Assembly: GCF_963921235.1 (NCBI RefSeq)
Contig: NC_086097.1
Location: 31,932,001 to 31,996,000 of the forward strand
DNA from: Mobula hypostoma
Taxonomy: Eukaryota
Direction: 5' to 3'
Length of the DNA stretch: 64,000 nt
The notes beneath the pieces are model-generated. The model was given only the letters and a program-made list of their open reading frames with translations. It was not told where the DNA came from and ran no database searches. The position numbers and the translations under genes are program-made. This document shows, one piece after another, positions 23,061-34,600 of the stretch (the first letter of the stretch is position 1; each line of letters starts with the position of its first letter).

Positions 23061-24516
23061 GGCTGTTTACGGTACTGTTCAAAAATGGAGGACTATGTGG
23101 GAGGGAAGATGGTGTTTGTTTAATATTTCAGCAATATTTGAGGAATATTGGAAATATATTGTGTGCTTATTTACATAAATCATTACGGGTTGTATGTAAA
23201 AGTATGTGAATGATGTACGTCTTTATACCACCATGTCATTTGTGCACACCTCACTAAAGTAAGAAAAAGCATACACTAATTACTCTGGGCTCCCATGTCG
23301 TTTTTTAAATTAATTTATGGAGTTACAAAACGTAAAAGTAATGACGAGTAAGTGTAAAAGCAAACCTGAGATGATTACTTACCAGTGGAAGCTCAGTGAA
23401 ATGATTGAGTTTTTAAAAATCGCAGGAAGTTTTTTTCTTCGGAACAGCAAATATTCTTCGCAAGAGGTGAGAGATGGTCATTTAAAAAAGGCAGAAAATG
23501 GATGAAATTCATGGATTCATAAATAGTGAGTACTGGGTGATTAAAAATAAATAAATAAGCAAAAATGGCTGGTTATATTGGAAAGATGCACTCGATTGCA
23601 CAAAAGATAACTGAAGGATGTTTGCTGTGCAAATAGAGCAGTATTTTAAAGCAAATGAAATAGCCAGTGCAAAGTGAGTGCCAGTTTTGTGGAGTGTAAT
23701 AGGTTGAAAAGCATACAGTTTGCTTAGAGGTTTATCTGTTCCAACCAAACCAGCCAAAATGAGCTTTGCTGATGTCATGAAAGTAATGCGAGAACATTTA
23801 GATTTGAAACTATTGCTGATTGCAGAACGCTATAGGCCTCATAAAAGGAATCAAAAGGAAAGGGAGTTCATTTCAGCGTACGTTGCTGAATTGAAGAGAT
23901 TGTCTGAGCATTGGCAGTTCAGTGGTGAACTTAATGATGCACTGAGAGATTGTTTGGTTTATGGAATATTACAAGGAAGCATTCAAAAATTACTCCCAAC
24001 TGAAGCACACCTCACATTTAAAGGAGCAGTTGAAATAGCTGTATCAAGGGAAACAGCAGACAGAGATGCAATTGAGTTGCAGTCAGGAATTAAAGTGAGT
24101 GTGAACAAAATTGCAGCATTTAAACAGAAACCGGCCTGGCCGAATATATTGTGTTACAGTTATGGAAGGGGTTCACATACACAAGACCAATGTAGGTTTA
24201 AAGGTGAACATTGCAGAAAATGCAGTAAAATAGGATACATACAACAAGAATGTTGTGTGGATAAAAATAAATGGACTTGACAAGGAAGATAGAAAAATCT
24301 GATAATGGTGAGAGTGACACAGGACTGGCTAGCCTTGAGATTTACAATATGAAATCTAACAATAGACAAGCAATATGACTTACACCAGAAGTGAATGACA
24401 AAATAATTAAAATGGAATTAGACACTGGCTCAGCTGATTCAGTTGTCCTTGAAATGAGTTTGAATGACAGTTTGAAGATACTGAGCTGAAGCCTGCAGAT
24501 ATCCAACTAAGAACTT

Positions 24517-25104
24517 GGCGCGGATCGTGTTGCTGTTGCATCAGAGAGGCTTTAGAGGAGTTGATGTGCAAGGGAAGTGTGCAGTCTAACAGTGAGTAAT
24601 CATCTTAGTCACTTTTCTTGTGATCACATGAACCTGTTGGACGTTGTTAATGTGGAATGCTGCAAGTCTGATTCACTGATTTACTGGCAGATGGTAGGAG
24701 CAGACTGCAGGGGAGCAGCATGGCCTCACTTGTAGTGAGGACCAGGTCTCAAGCTGCGATGTCACCTGCTCAAGTGAAAGGCATTGGATTGGTGCACTTC
24801 ACTGTAGGCGGCGTGGCTCAGCATCCAAGCAGGAGTCGGTGCTGCCCCCCTGTGTTTGCTCGGCAGAAGACAAACTGTATTGTAGTTGACTGCAGACTGC
24901 TGCAACGTTCGTAGACTTAGGGTCTTGGGTATATTTTTTGTGTGGCTGTATTTTATTGATATCTTGTAAGTGCCTGCTATCCTGTATGTGCCATATGTGC
25001 CTTGTGCTGTGTGTGATTGTTGGTACTATGTTTTGCGCCTTGGCCCCGGAATAACGCGGTTTCGTTTGGCTGTATTCATGTATAGTTGAATGACAATTAA
25101 ACTT
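24517..25104 (+). mobile_element. Non-coding retroelement-like insert inside the Gypsy protease region
   Basis: Splits QLRT|YTGEKITP; flanked by GAACTT/GAATTT; ends AATTAAACTT. Confidence 0.65.
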
Positions 25105-27127
25105 GAATTTATACTGGAGAAAAGATAACTCCAGTGGGAATGTTATTTGTAACTATGAAACAATTAACAACTCCCGTTGGGCTTGTAGGTTGTAAAAACA
25201 GGAAGACCAGCATTGTGGGGCCATGAGTGGCTGACAAAACTATATCTTGATTGGAGATCCATCCATCATCTATATGCCACCTCCCTTGCAATAGAGTCAA
25301 CTGAAAGCGGATTGAGCAGGGTACTGGGTGATGCCACAGCGGTGTTCAAGAATGGCATTAGAAAACTCAAGCATATCAAGGATAAAATAGTGTTAACTGA
25401 AAATACCACACCCAAGTTTTGCAAAGCCCATCTGGTTCCATATACCATCTGTGATAAAGGAGCCAGTGAGTTAGATCACATGGAGGCTGAAGGAATTCTT
25501 TCCAAGGCTGAATGGAGTCTGTGGGTTACACCTGTGCTCCAGTAGCCAAGAAGAATGGGTCAGTCAGGATCTGTTGTGATTTTGAAGTTACCATCAACCC
25601 AGTATTGTAAGTGGCTCAATACCCTCTGCCCAGGATAGAGGATATCTTTGCAAACCTTCCTGGAGGGAAACACTTCAGCAAAGTGGACAGCTGAGGTCAA
25701 CCTACAGATGGAGATGGAAGAGGAGTCCAAAGTGTTTCTCACTGTTAGCTCTCACAAGGTGCTTTAATTCTGTGAAAGGCTTATTTTTGGAGTGGCATCT
25801 GCACCTGCACTCTGTCGAAAAGCTATAGGCTGGCGCTACAAGGCTGCCCAGGCACTCAGTGTAACCTGGATGACTTCATTGTAACTGCATGACAAGGAAC
25901 ATCTCCAAAATCTCAAAACAGTGTTAAAAAGTTGAGAAGGTTATGGGCTCAGAGCACAACGCAACAAGTATGAATTCTTTAAGCCAAGCATCACTTACTG
26001 TGGTCACACTATTGATGCACAAGGATTACACGAGTGTGCTGAGGAAATTCAAGCAGTGATGCCAAAGGACATGTCACAGTTGCCATCCTTTTTTAGGATT
26101 TATCACTTGCTCCTGCCAAACCTGGCTACTGTATACTGCACCTCTTGAACTGATTACTACAGATTGGGAAGAAATGGCAATGGACAAAGCAGTATGAGGT
26201 GGCCTTCCAAAAGGCAAAGGAAATGGTGATGTCAGAGGTTGTACTCACACATTATGATCCACATCATCCAGTGAGCCTTATGGTCTGGGTGTAGTCATGT
26301 CACATATTATGAGTGATGGAAGTGAATGTCCCATAGTCTTTGCATCTTGTTCCTTTACCGCTGCAGAGAAAAATTACTTACAGATCAACAGACAGGCCTT
26401 GAGTCCTATTTGAAGTGTAGAACATTTCAATCAATACTTGTATGGGGGAAGAGTTTACCCTCATTACTGATCATCCACATTTTAAATCCACAGATGGGTG
26501 TCCATTTTCAATCCTCAGATGGGTGTTCCGCTAACTGCAGGAATGCAGAGATGGGCTCTGTTTCTTGGAGGGCACAATTACAAGATTGAATTCAAGAGGA
26601 TGACTAATCATGGAATATCCCATTTACCCTTGGAAAAGGAAATACCTGAAAATTTATATAAGAGGACACGCCTCTTGACATATTCTTCAGAACACAAATC
26701 AAAAGACTCCCTATTATAACAGGGATTTTCCAAAGGGAAACCAGAAAAGACCCCACACAGCCTGGGGTCTACATGGCCATCCAAAATGACTGAAATGGGC
26801 AGCAGAAACTCCCATCCCTCATTTTTACAGCACCGGGATGAACTTGCCCCTGACAGAGGTTGCCTTATGTGGGGTTTGAGAGTTGTTCTACCGTGCAAAC
26901 TGAGAGCTGAAGTGTTGGGGGAGCTACGTGCCGGTCATCTAGGTGTGGTCGAGATGAAAGTGTTGGCTCGAAGCTTTGTCTGGTGGCCTGGAGTAGATCA
27001 GATCGAACAGCTTGCCATGCACTATTTGGGGTGTCAACACATCCAGAAGAAAGCTGTCAGAACCACTTACTGTAGACCCAGAATCAACTCCTACACCACC
27101 ACAGAGGAGGCCCCTGAACCTGAGATT

Positions 27128-27475
27128 ATGAGAGGCATAGATAGGGTGGATAGCCAGTACCTGTTTCCCAGGGCACGAATAGCAAAGACCGGAGGGCATA
27201 TGTACAAAGTTAATGGAGGGAAGTTTAGGGGAGACATCAGGGGTAAGTTTTTTACACAGAGGGTTGTGGGTGCCTGGAATGACTTGCCAGGGATGGAGGT
27301 GGAGGCTAAAACATTAGGGGTATTTAAGAGCCTCTCGGACAGGCACATGGATGAAAGAAAAATAGAGGATTACAGGGTAGTGTAGGTTTAGTACTTTTTT
27401 TTAAAAGGAATATATGGGTCGGCACAACATTGAGGGCGGAAGGGCCTGTACTGTGCTGTAGTATTCTAGTGTCTA
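27128..27475 (+). mobile_element. CR1 3' fragment inserted in the Gypsy element
   Basis: MRGIDRVDSQYLFP...FFTQRVVGAWNDLP followed by a CR1 tail; Gypsy sequence resumes at TTTCACAGCCACAGG. Confidence 0.85.
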
Positions 27476-28349
27476 GTATTTCACAGCCACAGGTCTTACC
27501 TACAAAGCAGAGTGATCTGCTCTCCCACAAGAGTAAGAAACCTTCAGCAGTGATTAAATCTTTAGGTCTGAATGGGACAATTAAAAATTTATTCTGCTGT
27601 GGGTGTCTATATACCAGTTGTATTAAACAGTATACTGTATAAAATATATGTATATAAACTGCGATGCATTCTATATTGAGTTGGAGTTTATAGCCAGGCA
27701 GAGAGGAGAGTTGTGTTTTTAATATTTGAGTAATATTGTAAATGTATTGTTTGATTTAAGCATTCTTTGTTTAATTAATTTCAGGTTATGTTTAAGAATA
27801 CGTCAATATGCCACCACATCATAAGTGCCTCATTAAAGTAAAAATAAAGCATACACGAGTTATCTCTGAGCTCTCGTGTCTTTCTTTCGACTAGTTTATG
27901 GAGTTACGAAACATAACAGAAGGGTTGGATTGATCTTAGAGTAGGTTAGAGGGTCGGCACAACTCAGTGGGCTGAAGGGCCTGCTCTGTGCTCTACTGTA
28001 CTATATTCTATGTTTAGTTACTGAGTTCTTGTGCACTGTCACAATGAAAGATTCAGGATATTCCAACCTAGAGGCCCCAAGTACCAGTGAACATTATGTT
28101 ATGTAAGTACATCCATGTACAACATTGTGGGCCGAAGGGCCTGTACTATGCTGTACTCTTCGATGTTCTAGGCAGGATGTATACGAGCTCCTTAGTATGT
28201 ATGGGTGGACATAACCTGGAGAGGGGGTCTGTTTTTAAAAAGCGACACCACCCAGCATGTCAGTCTTTATCCAGAATCCCTGAGAGTTTTGTCCACAACT
28301 TCTCCTGTGGAGACCCACACTCTTACGGAGGATGTGAAGGTCCCTGAAA

Positions 28350-28860
28350 GGGAATTTTGGCCCTGGAGAGGTCCAGACGAGGTTTACAAGAATGCCCTTG
28401 GGGATGAAAGGGTTAACACATGATAAGCATTTGATGTCTCTGGGCCTGTACTCGCTGGTGTTTAGAAGAATGAGGGGGAATCTCATTGAAACCTCCCGAC
28501 TATAGAAAGGTTTAGAGAGAGTGGATGTGGAGAGTATGTTTCCTATAGTGGGGAAGTCTAGAACCAGAGGCCACAGCCTCAGAACAGAAGAATGTCCCGT
28601 CAGATGGGGATGAGATGAGGAGGAATTTCTTTAGTTAGAAATGGTGAACCTGTGGGATTTGTTGCCACAGATAGCCGCAGAGGCCAAGTCATTGGGTGTA
28701 TTTAAAAGGAAGGTTGATGGGTTTTTGATCTGTAAGGGTGTCAAAGGCTACGGGGAGAAGGCAGGAACACAGGTTTGACAGGGATAATAAATCAGCCATG
28801 ATGGCATGGCAGAGAAGATGATGAGCCAAATGGCCTACTTCTCTTCCTATGTCTTATGGG
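28350..28860 (+). mobile_element. CR1 LINE 3' fragment
   Basis: TTTAGAAGAATGAGGGGGAATCTCATTGAAAC ... AAATGGCCTACTTCT tail, similar to 52260-52659. Confidence 0.85.
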
Positions 28861-28897
28861 ATATATGGGCTGGTTCTGCTGTGCTGTTAACTCTGTG

Positions 28898-29232
28898 TTT
28901 CTCCCCCTCTCCCCTCTCCCCTCTCCCCTCTCCCCTCCCCCTCTCCCCTCCCCCTCTCCCCTCCCCCTCTCCCCTCCCCCTCTCCCCTCTCCTTCTCCCC
29001 CTCTCCCCCTCCCACCTCCCCTCTCATCCTGTCACCCTCTCACTCCATAACCCCACTCCCCCTCTCGCCCCATACGCCCACTCCCCACTCCCCATTCCCC
29101 ACCCCCTCTCCCCCTCCCCTCTCCGCTCTCCCTTCTCCCCGTCCCCTCTCCCCCTCACCCCTCACCCGCTCCCCCCTCACCCCCTCACCCTCACCCCCTC
29201 CCCCCTCTCTCCTCCTCCCCCCATCCCCTCCC
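28898..29232. repeat. Low-complexity C/T tract ((CCCCTCT)n-like) directly upstream of the exon acceptor
   Basis: Direct reading. Confidence 0.9.
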
Positions 29233-29242
29233 ACACTGACAG

Positions 29243-29542
29243 ACACACGGAGAGACCGCTGCAATTACCGGCTGACGCGACAGCCTCGATTGGACAGCGG
29301 GCAGCAGGACGGGGGCAGCAAAACACACAAGGCGGTGGAGGGGGTGCAGGTCAGCGAGATCTGCCTAGGACAGCTGGCCCCCGAGAAGCTGCTGAACTCC
29401 CTCCTGGAGGCTGAGCCCCCCAATATCTACTCACTAAATCGCCCCAACAAGCCCTTTACCGAGGCCTCGATGATGATGTCACTGACAAACCTGGCTGACC
29501 GCGAACTTGTGCACATGATCGCCTGGGCCAAGAAAGTCCCAG
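29243..29542 (+). CDS. ESR2: Estrogen receptor beta-like, exon for hinge and start of LBD
   Basis: ctgacag|AC...CCAG|gtaac; 300 bp; (D)[10 protein letters not shown]...[47 protein letters not shown]; phase matches both neighbouring exons. Confidence 0.95.
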
Positions 29543-29584
29543 GTAACCCAGGCAGCCCATCTTCACCACCAGCATAGCGCACTT

Positions 29585-30075
29585 TGCTCTGTGTCTGACC
29601 CCAGTAGTGTCTAATGGGACAGTGTGGAGGGAGCTTCACCCTGTGGCTGACCTCAGGAGTGTGTGATGGAATAATATGGAGAGAGCTTCACTCTGTGTCT
29701 GACCCTGAGAGTGTGTGATGGGACAGTGTGGAGGGAGCTTCACTCTGTATCTGACTCTGGGAGTGTGTGATGGGACAGTGTGGAGGGAGCTTCACTCTGT
29801 ATCTGACTCTGGGAGTGTGTGATGGGACAGTGTGGAGGGAGCTTCACTCTGTGTCTGACCCTGGGAGTGTGTTATAGGACAGTGTGGAGGGAGCTTCACT
29901 CTGTGTCTGACCCTGAGAGTACAATGGGACAGTGTGGAGGGAGCTTCACTCTGTGTCTGACCCTGAGAGTACAATGGGACAGTGTGGAGGGAGCTTTATT
30001 CTGTGTCTGACCCTGAGAGTGTGATGGGACAGTGTGGAGGGAGTTTCACTCTGTATCTGACCCCAGGAGTGTGTG
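29585..30075. repeat. 52-bp minisatellite (GGGACAGTGTGGAGGGAGCTTCACTCTGTGTCTGACCCTGGGAGTGTGTGAT)
   Basis: Unit starts at 29720, 29772, 29824; some shorter variants. Confidence 0.95.
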
Positions 30076-30562
30076 ATGGGACTGTGTTTGACCCCAGGTG
30101 TGTGTGATGGGACTGTGTTTGATCCTGGGTGTGTGTGATGGGACTGTGTTTGACCCCAGCTGTGTGTGATGGGACTGTGTTTGATCCTGGGTGTGTGTGA
30201 TGGGACTGTGTTTGACCCCAGCTGTGTGTGATGGGACTGTGTTTGATCCTGGGTGTGTGCAATGGGACTGTGTTTGATCCTGGGTGTGTGTGATGGGACT
30301 GTGTTTGATCCTGGGTGTGTGTGTTGGGACTGTGTTTGATCCTGGGTGTGTGTGATGGGACTGTGTTTGACCCCAGCTGTGTGTGATGGGACTGTGTTTG
30401 ATCCCGGGTGTGTGTGATGGGACTGTGTTTGATCCTGGGTGTGTGTGATGGGACTGTGTTTAACCCCAGCTGTGTGTGATGGGACTGTGTTTGATCCTAG
30501 GTGTGTGTGATGGGACTGTGTTTGATCCTGGGTGTGTGCGATGGGACTGTGTTTGATCCTGG
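30076..30562. repeat. 31-bp minisatellite (GGGACTGTGTTTGATCCTGGGTGTGTGTGAT)
   Basis: About 15 tandem units directly continuing the 52-bp array. Confidence 0.95.
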
Positions 30563-30757
30563 ACTGTGTGACGGGGTGAGTTATCTCCAACATTTCCTGT
30601 ATTGTTGCTGCCCAACCTGCTGAATCCTGCCAGCCTTCTGCCTGATTCCTGAGCAGTTCCTGCATGGGGTGAGTTGCTGGCGATGTGTTTCTGGGTGTTG
30701 CAGGCAGATGTGGACCCTGCACAGTGCACCCAGTGCATGTTGTGTTTCTCTCGGCAG

Positions 30758-30896
30758 GCTTCGTGGAGCTGGACTTACACGACCAGGTTCAGCTGTTGGA
30801 GAGCTGCTGGTTGGAGATTCTGATGCTGGGGCTTATGTGGCGATCCATCGACTACCCTGGCAAGCTCTTCTTTGCTCCTGATCTCATCCTGGACAG
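30758..30896 (+). CDS. ESR2: Estrogen receptor beta-like, LBD exon
   Basis: tctctcggcag|GC...GACAG|gtgagg; 139 bp; (G)[45 protein letters not shown](R). Confidence 0.97.
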
Positions 30897-31261
30897 GTGA
30901 GGGGGTACAGTATGCTCCGACCTCTGACACTGGCCCTCTACCCCGTTCGGAGATGTGGCCAGTGAGAGGACAACTGGTCCTCCCTGCATACTTATGTTCC
31001 AAGCCCTAACCCTCTGGCTGTAATGTTCTATGGACAGTTCACTGGTGTACGTGGCTCCCCTGATTGTCAAGTTAAGACAGCGATCTTGCCTGTTTCCCTT
31101 AAATGTTTCACCTTTCACCCCTAACCTATGACCTCTGGTTGTAGTCCCACCCAATCTTAGTGAAAAAGCCTTCTTGCACTTACCCCATCTATACCCCTCA
31201 TACCTCTCCAGCTTTTTCCTGCTCCTGTGCAGTGGTCCCTCCAGACCAGGCTGTGAGGCAG

Positions 31262-31600
31262 TCAATTACAATGTTCTCCATGGTACATCTGTAGAAATTT
31301 GCATGAGTCTATGGTGACATAACGAGCCTCGTCAGACTCCTAATGAACTATAGCCACTGTCATGCCTTCTTTGTAATTGCATAAATATGTTGGACCCAGG
31401 ATAGATTCTCAGAGGGTGACAGCCAGGAAATTGAAACTGCTCACCCTTCCCACTTTAGATCCCTCAATGAGGATTGGTGTGTATTCTCTTGATATCCCCT
31501 TCCCGGGGCCCACAATCAATTCTTGGTCGTAGTGACATTGTGTGCAAGGTTACTGCTGTGACGCGACTCAAACTGTCGATCCATCTTGCTCCTGTATGCC
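31262..31600 (-). mobile_element. Rex1/Babar-like LINE, part downstream of the RT catalytic motif (left flank of the giant array)
   Basis: Reverse complement reads EAYRSKMDRQFE...SNLAHNV, then ILIEGSKVGRVSSFNFL and LSWVQHIYAITKKA, homologous to the LINE fragments at 3720-3950 and 22150-23060. Confidence 0.75.
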
Positions 31601-34600
31601 TCATCACCACCTGTACACTTCATCATCCTTTGTGGACCTCCTCATCACCACCTGTACACCTCATCGTCACCATCTGTACACCTCATCACCATCTGTACAC
31701 CTCATCACCATCTGTACACCACCTCATCATCATCTGTACACCTCATCGCCACCTGTACACCTCATCGCCACCTGTACAGCTCATCATCATCTGTACACCT
31801 CATCATCTGTACACCTCATCACCACCTGTACACCTCATCATCTGTACACCTCATCATCATCTGTACACCTCATCACCACCTGTACACCTCATCATCTGTA
31901 CACCTCATCATCATCTGTACACCACCTCGTCACCACCTGTACACCTCATTGTCACCATCTGTACAACTCATCACCATCTGTACACCACTTCATCATCTGT
32001 ACACCTCATCACCACCTGTACACCTCATCGTCACCTGTACACCTCATCATCACCTGTACACCACCTCATCACCATCTGTACACCTCATCACCATCTGTAA
32101 ACCTCGTCATCATCTCTACACCTCGTCATCATCTCTACACCTCGTCATCATCTGTACACCTCGTCATCATCTGTACACCTCATCACCATCTGTACACCTC
32201 ATCATCATCTGAACACCTCATGACCACCTGTACACATCATCACCTGTACACATCATCACCTGTACACATCATCACCTGTACACCTCATCACTTGTACACT
32301 ACACCACCTCACCTCACCACCTGTACACCTCATCACCTGTACACATCACTACCTGTACACCTCACCACCTGTACACCTCACCACCTGTACACCTCACCAC
32401 CTGTACACCTCACCACTTGTACACCTCACCACCTGTACATCTCGTCATCACCATCTATACACCTCATCATCATCTGTACACCTCATCACCATCTGTACAA
32501 CTCATCACCATCTGTACACCTCTTCATCAGGCCCTGTACACCTCATCAGCACTGTACACCTCATCACCACCTGTACACCTCATCACCATCTGTACACCTC
32601 ATCACCACCTGTACACCTCATCATCACCACCTGTACACCTCATCATCACCATCTGTACACCCCCTCATCACCACATGTACACCTGCTCGCCATCTGTACA
32701 CCTCCTCATCACCATCTGTACACCTCATCATCACAATTTGCACACCTCATCATTACCTGTACACCTCCTCATTACCATCTGTACACCCCTTCGTCACCAT
32801 CTGCACACCTCCCATCACCATTTGCACACCTCAGCATTACTATCTGTACACCTCACCACCTGTACACCTCACCACCTGTACACCTCACCACCTGTACACC
32901 TCACCACCTGTACACCTCACCACCTGTACACCTACACCACCTGTACACTACACTACCTGTACACCTCACCATCTGTACACCTCATCACCAGCTGTACACC
33001 TCATCACCAGCTGTATACCTCATCACCACCTGTACACCTCATCATCATCTGTACACCTCATCACCACCTGTACACCTCATCGTCATCTGTACACCTCATC
33101 ATCATCTGTACACCACCTCATCACCACCTGTACACCTCATCTTCACCATCTGTACAACTCATCACCATCTGTACACCTCATCACCATCTGTACACCTCAT
33201 CACCATCTGTACACCTCGTCATCATCTCTACACCTCGTCATCATCTCTACACCTCGTCACCATCTGTACACCTCATCATCATCTGAACACCTCATCACCA
33301 CCTGTACACCTCATCACCACCTGTACACTTCATCACCATCTGTACACTTCATCACCATCTGTACATCTCGTCACCATCTGTACATCTCGTCACCATCTGT
33401 ACACCTCGTCATCATCTGTACACCTCGTCATCATCTGTACACCTCGTCACCATCTGTACACCTCGTCATCATCTCTACACCTCGTCATCATCTCTACACC
33501 TCGTCACCATCTGTACACCTCATCATCATCTGAACACCTCATCACCACCTGTACACCTCATCACCACCTGTACACTTCATCACCATCTGTACACTTCATC
33601 ACCATCTGTACATCTCGTCACCATCTGTACATCTCGTCACCATCTGTACACCTCGTCATCATCTGTACACCTCGTCATCATCTGTACACCTCGTCATCAT
33701 CTCTACATCTCGTCATCATCTCTACACCTCGTCACCATCTGTACACCTCATCACCATCTGTACACCTCATCATCATCTGAACACCTCATGACCACCTGTA
33801 CACCTCATCATCACCATCTGTACACCCCCTCACCACCACCTGTACACCTCACCACCTGTACACCTCACCACCTGTACACCTCACCACCTGTACACCTCAC
33901 TACCTGTACACCTCACCACCTGTACACCTCACCACTTGTACACCTCACCACCTGTACACCTCACTACCTGTACACCTCACCACCTGTACACCTCACCACC
34001 TGTACACCTCACCACTTGTACACCTCACCACCTGTACACCTCACCACCTGTACACCTCACCACTTGTACACCTCACCACCTGTACACATCACCACCTGTA
34101 CACCTCACCACTTGTACACCTCACCACCTGTACACCTCACCACCTGTACACCTCACCACCTGTACACCTCATCATCTGTACACCTCATCACCACCTGTAC
34201 ACCTCATCACCATCTGTACACCTCATCACCACCTGTACACCTCATCATCATCTGTACACCTCATCACCATCTGTACAACTCATCACGATCTGTACACCTA
34301 CACCACCTGTACACCTCACCACCTGTACACCTCACCACCTGTACACCTCACCACCTGTACACCTCACCACCTGTACACCTCACCACTTGTACACCTCACC
34401 ACCTGTACACCTCACCACCTGTACACCTCACCTACCTGTACACCTCACCACCTGTACACCTCACTACCTGTACACCTCACCACCTGTACACCTCACCTAC
34501 CTGTACACCTCACCACCTGTACACCTCACCACTTGTACACCTACACCTCACCACCTGTACACCATCACCACCTGTACACCTCACCATTTGTACACCTCAC

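Larger units (their letters stand above)
23110..27918 (+). mobile_element. Decayed Gypsy/Ty3 LTR retrotransposon (gag-protease-RT-RNaseH-partial integrase)
   Basis: Homologous LTRs ~23110-23337 and ~27709-27918 (both end TTTATGGAGTTAC.AAAC.TAA.A); degenerate PBS after the 5' LTR; polypurine tract ~27697-27708; gag ORF 23720-24280 with degenerate zinc knuckles; protease MELDTGSA at ~24412; integrase Zn domain ELRAGHLGVVEMKVLARSFVWWPG; TSD GAAGA/GAAGG inside a CR1 tail. Confidence 0.9.

Noticed and set aside
26786..27385. 199-aa ORF as a novel integrase fusion gene
   Set aside because: Chance read-through from a deleted Gypsy integrase into an inserted CR1 3' fragment.
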